From Bacteroidota bacterium (GTDB lineage Bacteria > Bacteroidota > Bacteroidia > Bacteroidales > ML635J-15): a stretch of DNA of 64,000 bases. This document shows positions 35,703-45,943 of this stretch, one piece after another. The stretch spans positions 886-64,885 of the forward strand of contig JAKQPY010000056.1 in assembly GCA_029564465.1 (NCBI GenBank), read 5' to 3'. The position numbers were made by a program, and so were the translations under genes. Each line of letters starts with the position of its first letter. The stretch's first letter is position 1. The notes below the pieces were generated by a model. It did not search any database. It was not told where the DNA came from and saw only the letters and a list, made by a program, of their open reading frames with translations.

Positions 35703-37430
35703 ATGAGAAAAAATTTACTTCTGGTGGCACTATTGTTTGCAGCCGCTCTGGCTGGTGCACAAACCACCATTTTCAGCGAAAACTTCGACGGTCTTACCGC
35801 CGGACAAACAGTGAATTCCCAGCAACCTCTGTTTTATCCCTGGACAGGTCAGGTTGCTGAAAATGGCTACGTGAGTGATGTTCAATCGCATTCAGCGAGC
35901 AATTCAATGAAAATCATCAACAATAATGATATGGTTTTCAATTTTGGCGATAAAACCAGCGGTGAATTTGATGTAAACTTCTGGGTTTATGTCGTTGCGG
36001 GTCAGGGAGGTTATTTCAATGTGGAACATGACTTCGGTACTTCCTGGGCATTTGCATTCTATTTCAGGACTGATGGTACCTGCGACCTGATTCAGGGTGG
36101 TGTAACAACCAATTTTGCTTATGCTGCCGATACCTGGATGCAGGTAGAACTGAATATTAATCTCGAAACCGATCAGGCAACAGCCTGGGTTGATGGCACC
36201 GAAATTCTGACCTGGACATTCTCGAACGAAGAAGATGCTGCCGGTGGACAAAACAAACTGGATGTTATCAATTTTTACGGACTTCATCAGACAAGCACCG
36301 GTGTAAACAATTCGGAATATTATGTTGATGATTTCGAATATATCGAAATTCAGAGTGGCATTGCTCCGGCAACTATCGATGTTGAAACAGCCACCATTAC
36401 TACCGATGGCACAACCACTGAATTGCTCAACATTGCCAATGTGGGCGAACTCGAAATGAATTACAAGGCATATCCTGTGTTTCAGGATCCTGCACTCACT
36501 TCAAACCTGATTGACGGACAGATGAATTATGACCTTGATATTGTAACTGCCATTGGCTGGCAGGAAAGCTTCGAAGTGGATGTTGCAGTACGTATGGGAA
36601 CCGACATTACATCACAGCATATTGGACAGGTGATTCACTATATTACTTTCTTTATTAACGACCTTCCTGCTACCGAAAACATCACGGTGTATGTCTGGTC
36701 GAAAGGCGAATATACCCAACCCGGAACTTCAACCGTGTTGTTCGAACAGGTAATGACCCCAACAGCCCAATCGTGGAATGCCGTTACACTTGATAACCCC
36801 ATTGTTATTACCGGCGACGAACTGTGGATTGGATATCGTTTTACCGGACCTGCCGGTGGTTTTACTTTGGGTGTTGATGACCAACCTGTTGTTCCGGGAA
36901 CCTGCTACCTGCGTACCGGTCCTGTTTGGACTGAATTTACCGGTGTTGAAGGAACCGGAAACTTCTGCATCCGTGCCGAAGTTGAAGGTGCCGGATGGCC
37001 CGTATGGCTTAATGTTGCTCCTGGTAGTGGTACTTTGGCCGCCGGTGCAAATACCGACCTGAACCTCAGTTTTAACACTGCCGGTCTGGTGAACGGAACT
37101 TACTATGCTGATGTGGTAATCGGAGCCAACGATCCCGATCAGCAATGGACAGAAGTTCCTGTTGAACTCACATATTTTGTTGGTATCGACAATCAGACAT
37201 CGGTTGGAGTAATGACTTACCCGAACCCGACACGCGATTTTGTAAACATTGTAACCGACAATCAGATTGAATCGGTAAACGTGTTTAATACAGCCGGTCA
37301 ATGTGTGATTTCTCTTAACGTGAATGCTGCCAGCACCTCTATCGACATAAGCAGCCTTTCAACAGGAAACTATATCATCGAAGTGAGTGTTGCAGGTGCA
37401 ACTACCCGCAGCCAGCTTGTAGTTGAGTAG
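35703..37430 (+). CDS. Secreted LamG/jelly-roll-like protein with T9SS C-terminal sorting domain
   Basis: 575 aa with signal peptide MRKNLLLVALLFAAALAGAQ. The N-terminal domain is concanavalin-like (FSENFDG...YYVDDFEY). The CTD is TYPNPTRDFVNIV...GNYIIEVSVAG. Confidence 0.75.
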   Translation: MRKNLLLVALLFAAALAGAQTTIFSENFDGLTAGQTVNSQQPLFYPWTGQVAENGYVSDVQSHSASNSMKIINNNDMVFNFGDKTSGEFDVNFWVYVVAGQGGYFNVEHDFGTSWAFAFYFRTDGTCDLIQGGVTTNFAYAADTWMQVELNINLETDQATAWVDGTEILTWTFSNEEDAAGGQNKLDVINFYGLHQTSTGVNNSEYYVDDFEYIEIQSGIAPATIDVETATITTDGTTTELLNIANVGELEMNYKAYPVFQDPALTSNLIDGQMNYDLDIVTAIGWQESFEVDVAVRMGTDITSQHIGQVIHYITFFINDLPATENITVYVWSKGEYTQPGTSTVLFEQVMTPTAQSWNAVTLDNPIVITGDELWIGYRFTGPAGGFTLGVDDQPVVPGTCYLRTGPVWTEFTGVEGTGNFCIRAEVEGAGWPVWLNVAPGSGTLAAGANTDLNLSFNTAGLVNGTYYADVVIGANDPDQQWTEVPVELTYFVGIDNQTSVGVMTYPNPTRDFVNIVTDNQIESVNVFNTAGQCVISLNVNAASTSIDISSLSTGNYIIEVSVAGATTRSQLVVE

Positions 37431-37440
37431 GACTTAAAAC

Positions 37441-37480
37441 AAATAAGAAAAGCCGTTTTTACGGCTTTTCTTATTTATAT
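37441..37480 (+). terminator. Rho-independent terminator
   Basis: Perfect 16-bp stem AAATAAGAAAAGCCGT (37441-37456) pairs with ACGGCTTTTCTTATTT (37461-37476) around loop TTTT. Confidence 0.8.
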
Positions 37481-37491
37481 GGCATTGAAAA

Positions 37492-38151
37492 ATGAAAATA
37501 CCCACATTTGTTACACTTGCCTTGCTGTTTATTGGTGAATTGGCTTCAGGACAAAAACTGCTCCCTGGCAAACTTACCTATTGTTCTGGAGAGACGAAAG
37601 ATGCATTTATCGAAATACCCTATATATGCAACGCAAAGAAAATCAGATTTAAAGAGACTGAAAATTCTGATTTGTTAGTGGTTTCTTCATCGGAGCTTCA
37701 ATCAATTTCAGTTCTTTCGACCACTGGAGAGCAATATGTTTTTGAATATGTGCTAATTCGTAACTTATTAACGAAGAAGGCGAAAAAAAGGTTTTGGTCA
37801 TTCGTTTTAGTGTCCGGTATTAATACACTTTATATTGTTCCATGGTTTTACGATATTAATAAGCAAGGTGAAATTGTATTTATTGTCCAGACTATGAATG
37901 GAATTGAAGATTTTGGCTTTTATTTAAAGAAACAAAACTCTGATGTTGCAGAATATTTTTGTCATGGACCCATCCCTGGAAATACGGACCTTCACCGTAT
38001 TCATGATGGTGTGTTTGTTAAAGAGTGTAATAGAATGCTGGCAGATTGTCCTGAACTGGTTTCCAGAATAAAGAACTATGAATTGCGATACGAAAAAATG
38101 TTGGAAGTTATTAGACAATATAATTTATGTACGTCGTTGCCGAATCAGTAA
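37492..38151 (+). CDS. Hypothetical secreted protein
   Basis: 219 aa with signal peptide MKIPTFVTLALLFIGELASGQ. No recognisable motif. Confidence 0.55.
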   Translation: MKIPTFVTLALLFIGELASGQKLLPGKLTYCSGETKDAFIEIPYICNAKKIRFKETENSDLLVVSSSELQSISVLSTTGEQYVFEYVLIRNLLTKKAKKRFWSFVLVSGINTLYIVPWFYDINKQGEIVFIVQTMNGIEDFGFYLKKQNSDVAEYFCHGPIPGNTDLHRIHDGVFVKECNRMLADCPELVSRIKNYELRYEKMLEVIRQYNLCTSLPNQ

Positions 38152-38430
38152 CCACTTACCAATAATATGATTCTTTGAATAATATTTAATGAAAAATATG
38201 ACTTTTTTCATTGCAATTGCAGAGTCAACGAATTGATAAAGTGTAGTTTTGATTATCCATTCCATTTATAGCAAAGTAGCCCCCACTGCGAAAATTGTTT
38301 CTTTTTGATTTGACATTAATGGATTACCTTGATTTACAGATAAGTTATTTACAATACCGTCAGTTGAAATTACACCCTAGAACTACTGCATATTTTTATT
38401 AATTTTACACCCAATTTTAAAACCGAAATT

Positions 38431-39174
38431 ATGGAATTGCTAAAAGATAAAGTAGTAGTAGTAACCGGAGCAGCACGGGGAATCGGACGTGCCATTGCAT
38501 TGGGTGTGGCCCGTCAGGGTGCGCAGGTAGCATTTACCGATCTGAAAGCCGACGATAATTTTAATAGCCTGCTTGCCGAACTTAAGGCCATGGGAATCAA
38601 AGCAGCCGGATACGAATCGAATGCAGCAGTTCTCGCTGATGCCGAAAAACTGGTAACCGATGTTACCAATGATTTTGGACGGATTGACGTACTGGTAAAC
38701 AATGCCGGTATTACCCGCGATACCTTGCTCATGCGGATGACCGAGGAACAGTGGGATATGGTCATAAATGTGAATCTGAAGTCGGTTTTCAATCTCACTA
38801 AGGCTGTGCAGCGCCCTATGCTGAAACAGCGCAGTGGCTCAATTGTCAATGTGAGTTCGGTTGTTGGTGTTAACGGGAATGCCGGACAGGCAAACTATGC
38901 TGCTTCTAAAGCCGGCATTATAGGTTTCACCAAATCAGTAGCCAAGGAACTCGGTCCGCGTAATATTCGTTGCAATGCGATTGCCCCTGGTTTCATCGAA
39001 ACCGAAATGACTGCAGTGTTGCCCGAAGAGGTAAGGGCAGCCTGGAATGAAAAAATCCCGCTCCGCAGGGCAGGTAAACCCGAAGATGTTGCCGATGTCG
39101 TTGTGTTTCTCGGATCGGATTTGTCTTCGTATGTTACAGGTCAGACCATCAGCATTTGCGGCGGTATGATTTAA
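38431..39174 (+). CDS. fabG: 3-oxoacyl-[acyl-carrier-protein] reductase
   Basis: 247 aa SDR. Has VVTGAARGIGRAIA (TGxxxGIG), NNAG, the catalytic S...YAASKAG (YxxxK) context and PGFIETEM. Confidence 0.9.
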   Translation: MELLKDKVVVVTGAARGIGRAIALGVARQGAQVAFTDLKADDNFNSLLAELKAMGIKAAGYESNAAVLADAEKLVTDVTNDFGRIDVLVNNAGITRDTLLMRMTEEQWDMVINVNLKSVFNLTKAVQRPMLKQRSGSIVNVSSVVGVNGNAGQANYAASKAGIIGFTKSVAKELGPRNIRCNAIAPGFIETEMTAVLPEEVRAAWNEKIPLRRAGKPEDVADVVVFLGSDLSSYVTGQTISICGGMI

Positions 39175-39185
39175 ACTTTTATTAA

Positions 39186-41261
39186 ATGATTGCAAACATT
39201 TCGTGGTGGTGGTGGCTGTTGTTCCTGATTGCGTCGGTGGGAATGGCCTTCCTGCTGTACTACCGCGAGAAGTCGTTGCGCGAATGGAAACCCTGGCAGA
39301 AAATCCTGATGTTTTCGCTGAGGTTCCTGTTCATTTTTATCATTTTTACCTTACTGTTTGCGCCACTCATCAAAACAAACAAACGTATTTCGGATAAGCC
39401 CGTTGTTGTAATTGCCCAGGATAATTCATCGTCGGTGTGTATTAACTCCGATTCGTTGTATTACCGGAACGTATACTCTTCTGATTTACAGAAACTTGTC
39501 AACCGTTTGTCGGAAAACTATCACGTAGTACGCTATACTTTTGGCGATGCTGTCCGCAGCGATTCTCTGATTGATTTCAGCGATGCATCTACCCGTATGG
39601 CAGATATATTTCCCGTAATAACAGCTGCGTACGCAGGTATGAATCTCGGAGCCATTATTGTAGCCGGTGATGGCATTTATAATCAGGGCGAAAATCCGGT
39701 ATATTCTCAAAAACCACCTGTGGCAATATATACTGTTGCGCTGGGCGATACACTGCCGTCGAAAGATGTTTATATCCGTGAGGTGCAACACAACAAGGCA
39801 GCATTTTACAAGAATCGCTTTCCGGTGAGAATTATGCTTTCGGCCGATAAGTGTAAAGGCGAAAATCTGCATATCGAAATATCGGGCTCTGCCGGTAAAC
39901 TCTTCGAAAAAGATGTGCTGTCGGATTCCGATGATTTTATGTATACGGTTGATGCCGAGCTAGAGGCTTCGCCCAAAGGATTACAGGAATATAAGGTAAG
40001 CGTATCACAACTGAAAGGCGAAATCAGCACAGGAAACAATACACGCATTTTTGTTGTTGATGTGGTCGATAACCGGAAAAATATTCTTTTTCTTGCTAAC
40101 GGTTCGCATCCCGATTTGGGGGCCATGGTTTTCGCACTGAAGAATAATCCTGACTACAGCATTACAACAGCATCGATTGCTGAGTTTTCCGGAAAAATTG
40201 ATGATTATCAGTTTGTGGTGTTGCACCAATTGCCTTCGCTTGACAATGCGGCCTCTCAGGTTATGAAACAGTTGTCGGTACGTAGAATTCCCGCGCTTTA
40301 TATTTTGGGCGCACGCAGCTCGGTTGATGCATTCAATCAGTTGCAGACAGGGCTTAAAATAGTGTCGGCAAAAACATCTTCCGATGAGGCTTCACCGGTT
40401 GCTGTTTCAGGTTTTTCGGCTTTTACCGTTGATCAGGATTTACTCGAAAATATGTCTTCGTTACCACCACTGGTGACTCCTTTTGGAGATTATAAAATTA
40501 CTTCGAATGCAAAAGTGTTGATGAACCAACGTATTAGTACCGTGAATACCGATAAACCCCTGATGATGTTTATTGATGAAGCAGGTATTCGCAGCGGAAT
40601 TATTACCGGAGAAGGTATTTGGCGATGGCGCTTGCATTTGTACCGGCTTACCGGTTCGCACGAAGTGTTTGATGGGCTCATAAACCGGATAATTCAATAT
40701 CTCGTAAATACCCGGCTGAAACAGAGCCTGATGGTTGATTCGAAACGTATTTTTACTACGGGTGAAGCGGTAATTCTCGAAGCCGAATTTTATAACGAAG
40801 CTTTCGAATTACGCAATTCCTCTGAATTGAAAGTAAGCGTTCGCGATAGCTCGGCCCGCGAAATAAAACTCAGCTTCGAAAGGACCGGGGACTATTATTC
40901 GTTAAATATGGGTTCGATGGCCCCTGGTCGGTACAGCTATTCGGCAGCACTGGAATTCGACCGGAAAACCTATTCCGCGTCGGGAGAGTTTGTTGTGATT
41001 GATGTCAGCACCGAAAGTCTGGTAACACGCGCCAATCACGATGTAATGTACCGTCTGGCCAACGAGAATGGAGGTGAAATGTTTTATCCTTCACAGATGA
41101 ATGCTTTGGCAGAGGCTATCGAAAACAACGAAAATATTGTCCCCCGGGTTTACATTCATTCGAAACTGACCAATCTGATTGACCTGAAATGGTTGTTTTT
41201 TGTTATCCTTCTGTTTGCCTCAACCGAATGGTTCTTCCGTAAGTATTGGGGAAGCTACTAA
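39186..41261 (+). CDS. Membrane protein with N-terminal double-TM (BatA_N-like) segment and vWA-like domain
   Basis: 691 aa. Has two N-terminal TM helices (WWWWLLFLIASVGMAFLLYY; FLFIFIIFTLLFAPLI). A MIDAS-like VVVIAQDNSSSV follows, and there is a C-terminal TM helix. Confidence 0.6.
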   Translation: MIANISWWWWLLFLIASVGMAFLLYYREKSLREWKPWQKILMFSLRFLFIFIIFTLLFAPLIKTNKRISDKPVVVIAQDNSSSVCINSDSLYYRNVYSSDLQKLVNRLSENYHVVRYTFGDAVRSDSLIDFSDASTRMADIFPVITAAYAGMNLGAIIVAGDGIYNQGENPVYSQKPPVAIYTVALGDTLPSKDVYIREVQHNKAAFYKNRFPVRIMLSADKCKGENLHIEISGSAGKLFEKDVLSDSDDFMYTVDAELEASPKGLQEYKVSVSQLKGEISTGNNTRIFVVDVVDNRKNILFLANGSHPDLGAMVFALKNNPDYSITTASIAEFSGKIDDYQFVVLHQLPSLDNAASQVMKQLSVRRIPALYILGARSSVDAFNQLQTGLKIVSAKTSSDEASPVAVSGFSAFTVDQDLLENMSSLPPLVTPFGDYKITSNAKVLMNQRISTVNTDKPLMMFIDEAGIRSGIITGEGIWRWRLHLYRLTGSHEVFDGLINRIIQYLVNTRLKQSLMVDSKRIFTTGEAVILEAEFYNEAFELRNSSELKVSVRDSSAREIKLSFERTGDYYSLNMGSMAPGRYSYSAALEFDRKTYSASGEFVVIDVSTESLVTRANHDVMYRLANENGGEMFYPSQMNALAEAIENNENIVPRVYIHSKLTNLIDLKWLFFVILLFASTEWFFRKYWGSY

Positions 41262-41368
41262 GTCAAAGGTCTAAATAACTGTAATTTAATTATATAGCGA
41301 ATAAATGCTTTGTCTCGTATTTAATGTAAATTATTTGAATATAATTTATATTTATAAAGTAATTCAGT

Positions 41369-41376
41369 TACATTTG
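41369..41376 (+). promoter_or_regulatory. -7 promoter motif TACATTTG upstream of the polyamine cluster
   Basis: Matches TAnnTTTG and lies 33 nt upstream of the ATG at 41409. Confidence 0.45.
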
Positions 41377-41408
41377 CAAAATAATAAACAAGTAAAGCGA
41401 TTAGATAA

Positions 41409-42809
41409 ATGAAACTCAGGTATGTTGATTTAATTGAGCAGTCGTTCGAATTCCCTCAGGAGGAATTCTATGTTGAAGATGGCGAGTTATATTTTCATGA
41501 TATAGCTCTGATGGATATTGTGAAGCAATATGGCACGCCTCTCAAGTTTACCTACCTGCCCAGAATCAGCGAAAATATTAACCGTGCCCGGGTGTGGTTC
41601 AATGTGGCTATTGCTAAGGCAAACTATACGGGCAAGTACATTCAGTGTTATTGCACCAAGAGTAATCACTTCTCGTTTGTGCTCGAAGAAGTCCTTAAAA
41701 ATAAAGTACACCTTGAGACCAGTTCTGCATTTGATGTTGATATTATAAAGTCGCTTGAGCTGGAGAATATCATTGATAAGTCGCTTCATGTTGTGTGCAA
41801 TGGGTATAAAATGCCGGCTTATATCGAAAAGATAGCTGAATTAATTAACAGTGGTTATGCCAATGTTATTCCTGTTTTGGATAATACAACTGAACTGGAT
41901 AGCATACTTGAACAAACAGATAGGCATATTAATATTGGTATCAGAATTGCATCGGAAGAGGAACCAAAGTTTGAGTTCTACACCAGTCGCCTCGGTTTAG
42001 GTTATAAAAATATTATGGATTACTATGAAACCAATATCCAAAACAACCCCCAGGTAAGTCTGAAGATGCTACATTTTTTTATCAATACCGGTATAAAAGA
42101 CACTGCCTATTATTGGAACGAACTTCACAAATGCCTTCAGGTATATTGTCAGCTTAAAAAGATTTGCCCGAGCCTGAATGCATTGAATATAGGCGGAGGA
42201 TTTCCGGTTAAGAACAACCTGACCTTCGAATATGAATACGAATATATGGCTGAAGAGATTGTAAACCAGATAAAGATAGCCTGCGAAGAAAACGAAGTTG
42301 AGGAACCGGATATTTACACTGAATTCGGCACATTTACCGTGGGTGAAAGTGGCGGTGCTCTCTATTCGGTGGTTAACCAGAAGCAACAGAACGACAGGGA
42401 AAAATGGAACATGATCGACAGTTCATTTATCACCACCTTGCCCGATACGTGGGCAACGAGTAAACGATTTTTAATGTTACCGGTAAACCATTGGGAGAAA
42501 CCTTACGAAAGGGTTTTTCTGGGTGGCCTTACCTGCGACAGCGACGATTACTATAATTCGGAACAACACGTAAATGCTATTTATCTACCGGAATTCGATC
42601 CTGAGGATGTTCTCTACCTGGGTTTCTTTAATATCGGAGCTTATCAGGAAACCATTGGTGGTTTTGGTGGTTTGCAGCACTGCCTGATTCCTTGTCCTAA
42701 GCATATTATTATCAATAAAGATGAGGACGGCAAAATTACCACCCGCATGTTTTCGAAGGAGCAAAGCTACAAGTCGATGCTCAGGATATTGGGCTACAAT
42801 TATTCATAA
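41409..42809 (+). CDS. Fold-type III PLP-dependent decarboxylase, arginine decarboxylase-like
   Basis: 466 aa. Has the PLP-Lys context CYCTKSNHF, the Gly-rich loop LNIGGGFPV and the substrate-Cys context LGGLTCDSDD. It sits directly upstream of agmatinase. Confidence 0.75.
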   Translation: MKLRYVDLIEQSFEFPQEEFYVEDGELYFHDIALMDIVKQYGTPLKFTYLPRISENINRARVWFNVAIAKANYTGKYIQCYCTKSNHFSFVLEEVLKNKVHLETSSAFDVDIIKSLELENIIDKSLHVVCNGYKMPAYIEKIAELINSGYANVIPVLDNTTELDSILEQTDRHINIGIRIASEEEPKFEFYTSRLGLGYKNIMDYYETNIQNNPQVSLKMLHFFINTGIKDTAYYWNELHKCLQVYCQLKKICPSLNALNIGGGFPVKNNLTFEYEYEYMAEEIVNQIKIACEENEVEEPDIYTEFGTFTVGESGGALYSVVNQKQQNDREKWNMIDSSFITTLPDTWATSKRFLMLPVNHWEKPYERVFLGGLTCDSDDYYNSEQHVNAIYLPEFDPEDVLYLGFFNIGAYQETIGGFGGLQHCLIPCPKHIIINKDEDGKITTRMFSKEQSYKSMLRILGYNYS

Positions 42810-42861
42810 TAATTATTGATAAGCCGGTTTTATTTCCTGATATTTGCAAAAATTTTTTGAT

Positions 42862-43710
42862 ATGCTAGCAACCTATGCCGGAATTCCTGTAGAATACTCT
42901 CGTCCTGAATTTGCCAGAATTGTATTGTTACCGGTGGCTTACGATGGTACTTCCACCTGGGTTAAGGGTTCCGACCGGGGACCGGATGCATTTTTGCATG
43001 CTTCCGAAAATATGGAATTGTACGATATCGAGACCGGAACTGAAGTTTACAGGCAAGGCGTGAATCTGTTGCCTGTTATGCGCGATTTTGGATCTCCCGA
43101 ATCAATGACTGAGGCAGTATTTGCAAAGGCCCTCGATATTATGAAATCAGGGCGTTTGTTCAGCATGGTGGGTGGCGAACATTCGGTGAGCATTGGTGCC
43201 TTGCGGGCTGCCCGACAGGTTTTTGGCGATATTACCGTATTGCAGTTTGATGCACATACCGATTTGAGACCCGAATACGATGGCTCAGCCTGCAATCACG
43301 CCTGTGCTGTGCACGAAGCATCGAAACACAGCAATCTCGTGCAGGTGGGAATCCGAAGCATGGATGTAAGCGAACTGGAGTTTATGAACCGCGAAAATGT
43401 ATTTTTTGCCCACGAGATTCAGGGGAACCAGCAATGGATGGAGGATGTGTGCAGCAAAATTACTTCCAGGGTATATATTACCATCGACCTCGATGTTTTC
43501 GACCCTTCGCAGTTGCCTTCCACCGGTACTCCTGAGCCAGGGGGACTGTGGTTCTATCAGGTAACGGAATTGTTGCGTAAAGTTATTGCCACATCACAAG
43601 TGATTGGATTCGATATAGTTGAGTTATGCCCTAATCCAACCGAAAAATCCAGCGATTTTCTCGCTGCCAAACTGTACTATAAAATTCTGAGTTATATTTT
43701 TAAATCCTGA
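42862..43710 (+). CDS. speB: Agmatinase (ureohydrolase family)
   Basis: Mn-binding motifs are GGEHSVS, QFDAHTDLR and ITIDLDVFDPS. The track start at 42844 is a TTG inside a promoter-like GATATTTG, so I prefer the ATG at 42862. Confidence 0.85.
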   Translation: MLATYAGIPVEYSRPEFARIVLLPVAYDGTSTWVKGSDRGPDAFLHASENMELYDIETGTEVYRQGVNLLPVMRDFGSPESMTEAVFAKALDIMKSGRLFSMVGGEHSVSIGALRAARQVFGDITVLQFDAHTDLRPEYDGSACNHACAVHEASKHSNLVQVGIRSMDVSELEFMNRENVFFAHEIQGNQQWMEDVCSKITSRVYITIDLDVFDPSQLPSTGTPEPGGLWFYQVTELLRKVIATSQVIGFDIVELCPNPTEKSSDFLAAKLYYKILSYIFKS

Positions 43711-43714
43711 TAAC

Positions 43715-44686
43715 ATGAATTCAAAACCGATTACCCGTTTTATCGAGGAACACTACCGGCATTTTAATGCCGCGGTAATTATCGATGCTGCCGTTGCATA
43801 CGAAAAGCTTATCGAAAACAAGGGAAATATGATGGTGACCCTGGCAGGAGCTATGAGCACTGCCGAGTTGGGAAGGTCGCTTGCCGAAATGATTCGTCAG
43901 AACAAAGTGCAGATTATTTCGTGCACCGGCGCCAATTTAGAAGAAGATGTTTTTAATCTGGTGGCACACACCCATTATGTAAGGGTACCTCACTACCGTG
44001 ATTTGTCACCCCAGGATGAACAGGATCTGTATGATAAGGGAATGAACCGTGTTACCGATACGTGTATCCCCGAAGATGTTGCTTTCCGTAAGATTGAGAA
44101 AAAAATGCTGAAAATATGGAAAAAAGCTAAGGCTGAAGGTAAACGTTATTTTCCTCACGAGTTCATGTATCAGCTGCTTCTTTCGGGCGAACTGGATAAC
44201 GATTATGAAATCGATCCAAAAAATTCGTGGCTTCTGGCCGCTGCACATCGTAACATGCCAATGATTGTTCCGGGCTGGGAAGACAGCACTATGGGCAATA
44301 TGTTTGCTGCTGCTGTCATTCGTGGTGATATCGACGTCAGTATTCTGAAAACAGGTATTGAATATATGGTTTATCTGGCACAGTGGTACCGCGAAAACGG
44401 ACAAGCCGGAGTGGGTTTCTTCCAGATTGGAGGTGGCATTGCCGGTGATTTTCCGATTTGTGTGGTGCCCATGATGATTCAGGACCTCGAATGGGAAGAA
44501 ACGCCGTTCTGGGCATATTTTTGTCAAATCAGCGATTCAACAACGAGTTATGGCTCGTATTCAGGTGCAGTGCCAAATGAAAAAATTACATGGGGAAAGC
44601 TTTCGCCCGAAACGCCCCGGTTTATTATTGAATCGGATGCTACCATTGTAGCACCCTTGGTGTTTGCTCATGTGCTTGGCTGGTAA
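43715..44686 (+). CDS. Deoxyhypusine synthase-like protein (bacterial DHS/homospermidine synthase-like)
   Basis: 323 aa. Contains LAGAMSTAELG, ISCTGANLEEDV and FFQIGGGIAGDF, which are typical of the DHS family. Clustered with the decarboxylase and agmatinase. Confidence 0.8.
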   Translation: MNSKPITRFIEEHYRHFNAAVIIDAAVAYEKLIENKGNMMVTLAGAMSTAELGRSLAEMIRQNKVQIISCTGANLEEDVFNLVAHTHYVRVPHYRDLSPQDEQDLYDKGMNRVTDTCIPEDVAFRKIEKKMLKIWKKAKAEGKRYFPHEFMYQLLLSGELDNDYEIDPKNSWLLAAAHRNMPMIVPGWEDSTMGNMFAAAVIRGDIDVSILKTGIEYMVYLAQWYRENGQAGVGFFQIGGGIAGDFPICVVPMMIQDLEWEETPFWAYFCQISDSTTSYGSYSGAVPNEKITWGKLSPETPRFIIESDATIVAPLVFAHVLGW

Positions 44687-44703
44687 GACGAGCCTGATTT
44701 AAT

Positions 44704-44740
44704 AAAAAAAAAGCGGCAGATTTTCTGTCGCTTTTTCTTT
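44704..44740. terminator. Bidirectional rho-independent terminator between convergent genes
   Basis: Stem AGCGGCAG pairs with CTGTCGCT (one G-U pair) around loop ATTTT. It is flanked by A9 upstream and a T-run downstream. Confidence 0.7.
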
Positions 44741-44750
44741 ACCAAGTAAT

Positions 44751-45254
44751 TTACTCTTTAATAAAGGTGTAAGTCTCTTCGTCTTTATTGTAAAAGAAAC
44801 TCAGGTCCTTATGAGTTTTGAAAAAATTATACAGATCTGTTGAATTGTCATATACTTCATCAATATTATCGGTTACCTCAAATAGTTTAAACTCGCCGGG
44901 AGTCGAAAAGTCCATTTTATAGAAATAATACGTCCCATCTTGCAACATGTTAGCGAAGCGTGTGTTGCCAATGGTTGTAAAATGGGCAGTGTAGGTTCCC
45001 GAACTGGTGTAGATACTGTCGGTAGAATTGTACTCATATTGCTCAACGAGAAATTTTTTTCCATCCATTTTCGTGAAAATATAGTACTTTGGGAAGTCGC
45101 TGTATTCATCAACTTTAAGCCATTTTCCATAAATTACCGGATCAACGTTTTCGGTAGCGCCTGTCAAAGGCACTGTGGATGAGTAGGGGCAGGCAGTAAA
45201 GATAAACGCCATGGCTGCAAACAGTGCAACGATAATTAGTGAATGTTTTTTCAT
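44751..45254 (-). CDS. Hypothetical lipoprotein
   Basis: 167 aa. MKKHSLIIVALFAAMAFIFTAC gives a signal peptide and lipobox. No family recognised. Confidence 0.6.
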   Translation of the reverse strand: MKKHSLIIVALFAAMAFIFTACPYSSTVPLTGATENVDPVIYGKWLKVDEYSDFPKYYIFTKMDGKKFLVEQYEYNSTDSIYTSSGTYTAHFTTIGNTRFANMLQDGTYYFYKMDFSTPGEFKLFEVTDNIDEVYDNSTDLYNFFKTHKDLSFFYNKDEETYTFIKE

Positions 45255-45485
45255 ATTTGCGATATTATTTAATAAAGTGTTTTGTATTTACATAAAATAT
45301 GCCGTTTTTCGACTAAGCAAAAGTAATGAAAATAATATTGAAACCAATTGAAACATGGCAACAAAATGAAAGGTCTGTCTGGCTGTTTGAGCTTATTTTC
45401 ACTTTTATTTTAAAAAAAACTAAAATGTTTTGTTTATTACGAAAAATTAACGACTTTTGCAGTCCGAATTTAAACAGTGAAAGAT

Positions 45486-45728
45486 ATGGCACGTATATGT
45501 CAGATAACAGGAAAAACGTCGATAAAGGGGCATAATGTTTCTCATGCCAACAACCGCACCAACCGCAGGTTCGAAATCAACCTGCTCGAAAAGAAGTTTT
45601 ATCTTCAGGAAGAAGACCGCTGGGTTACGCTGAAGGTTACTCCGGCCGGTATGCGGACCATCAATAAAAAAGGACTGAAATCAGCTCTTGACGAAGCAGT
45701 GAAAAACGGATACATTGATAAATATTAA
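45486..45728 (+). CDS. rpmB: 50S ribosomal protein L28
   Basis: [33 protein letters not shown]... is the canonical L28 N-terminus. The track start at 45477 is a GTG three codons upstream. Confidence 0.92.
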   Translation: MARICQITGKTSIKGHNVSHANNRTNRRFEINLLEKKFYLQEEDRWVTLKVTPAGMRTINKKGLKSALDEAVKNGYIDKY

Positions 45729-45742
45729 TAGACGACAGTATC

Positions 45743-45931
45743 ATGGCAAAGAAAAGTAAAGGAAACCGTGTACAGGTGATTTTAGAATGCACCGAGCACA
45801 AAGACTCAGGACTTCCCGGAACCTCGAGGTACATCACCACCAAAAACAGGAAAAATACCCCCGAGCGTATGGAGATGAAAAAATACAATCCCATCCTGAA
45901 AAGAAAAACCGTTCATAAAGAAATAAAATAA
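45743..45931 (+). CDS. rpmG: 50S ribosomal protein L33
   Basis: 62 aa: [20 protein letters not shown]...[22 protein letters not shown]. This is the L33 signature. Confidence 0.92.
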   Translation: MAKKSKGNRVQVILECTEHKDSGLPGTSRYITTKNRKNTPERMEMKKYNPILKRKTVHKEIK

Positions 45932-45943
45932 ACATAACGAACC

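Noticed and set aside
36729-37301. 190-aa minus-strand ORF
   Set aside because: It is antisense to the T9SS LamG-like gene, and its sequence is low-complexity (Gly/Ser/Thr/Asn-rich), mirroring the sense strand.
29931-38151. Reading the caspase operon plus neighbouring T9SS and hypothetical genes as a horizontally acquired genomic island
   Set aside because: The window has no integrase, transposase, tRNA attachment site or flanking direct repeats, and I cannot compute compositional deviation by eye. The region may be accessory, but mobility is unsupported.
44006-44527. 173-aa minus-strand ORF
   Set aside because: It is antisense to the deoxyhypusine synthase-like gene, which has clear family motifs.
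45326-45535. 69-aa plus-strand ORF upstream of and overlapping rpmB
   Set aside because: It lies in a different frame from the canonical L28 start ([10 protein letters not shown]) and covers the rpmB leader. It has no supporting features.
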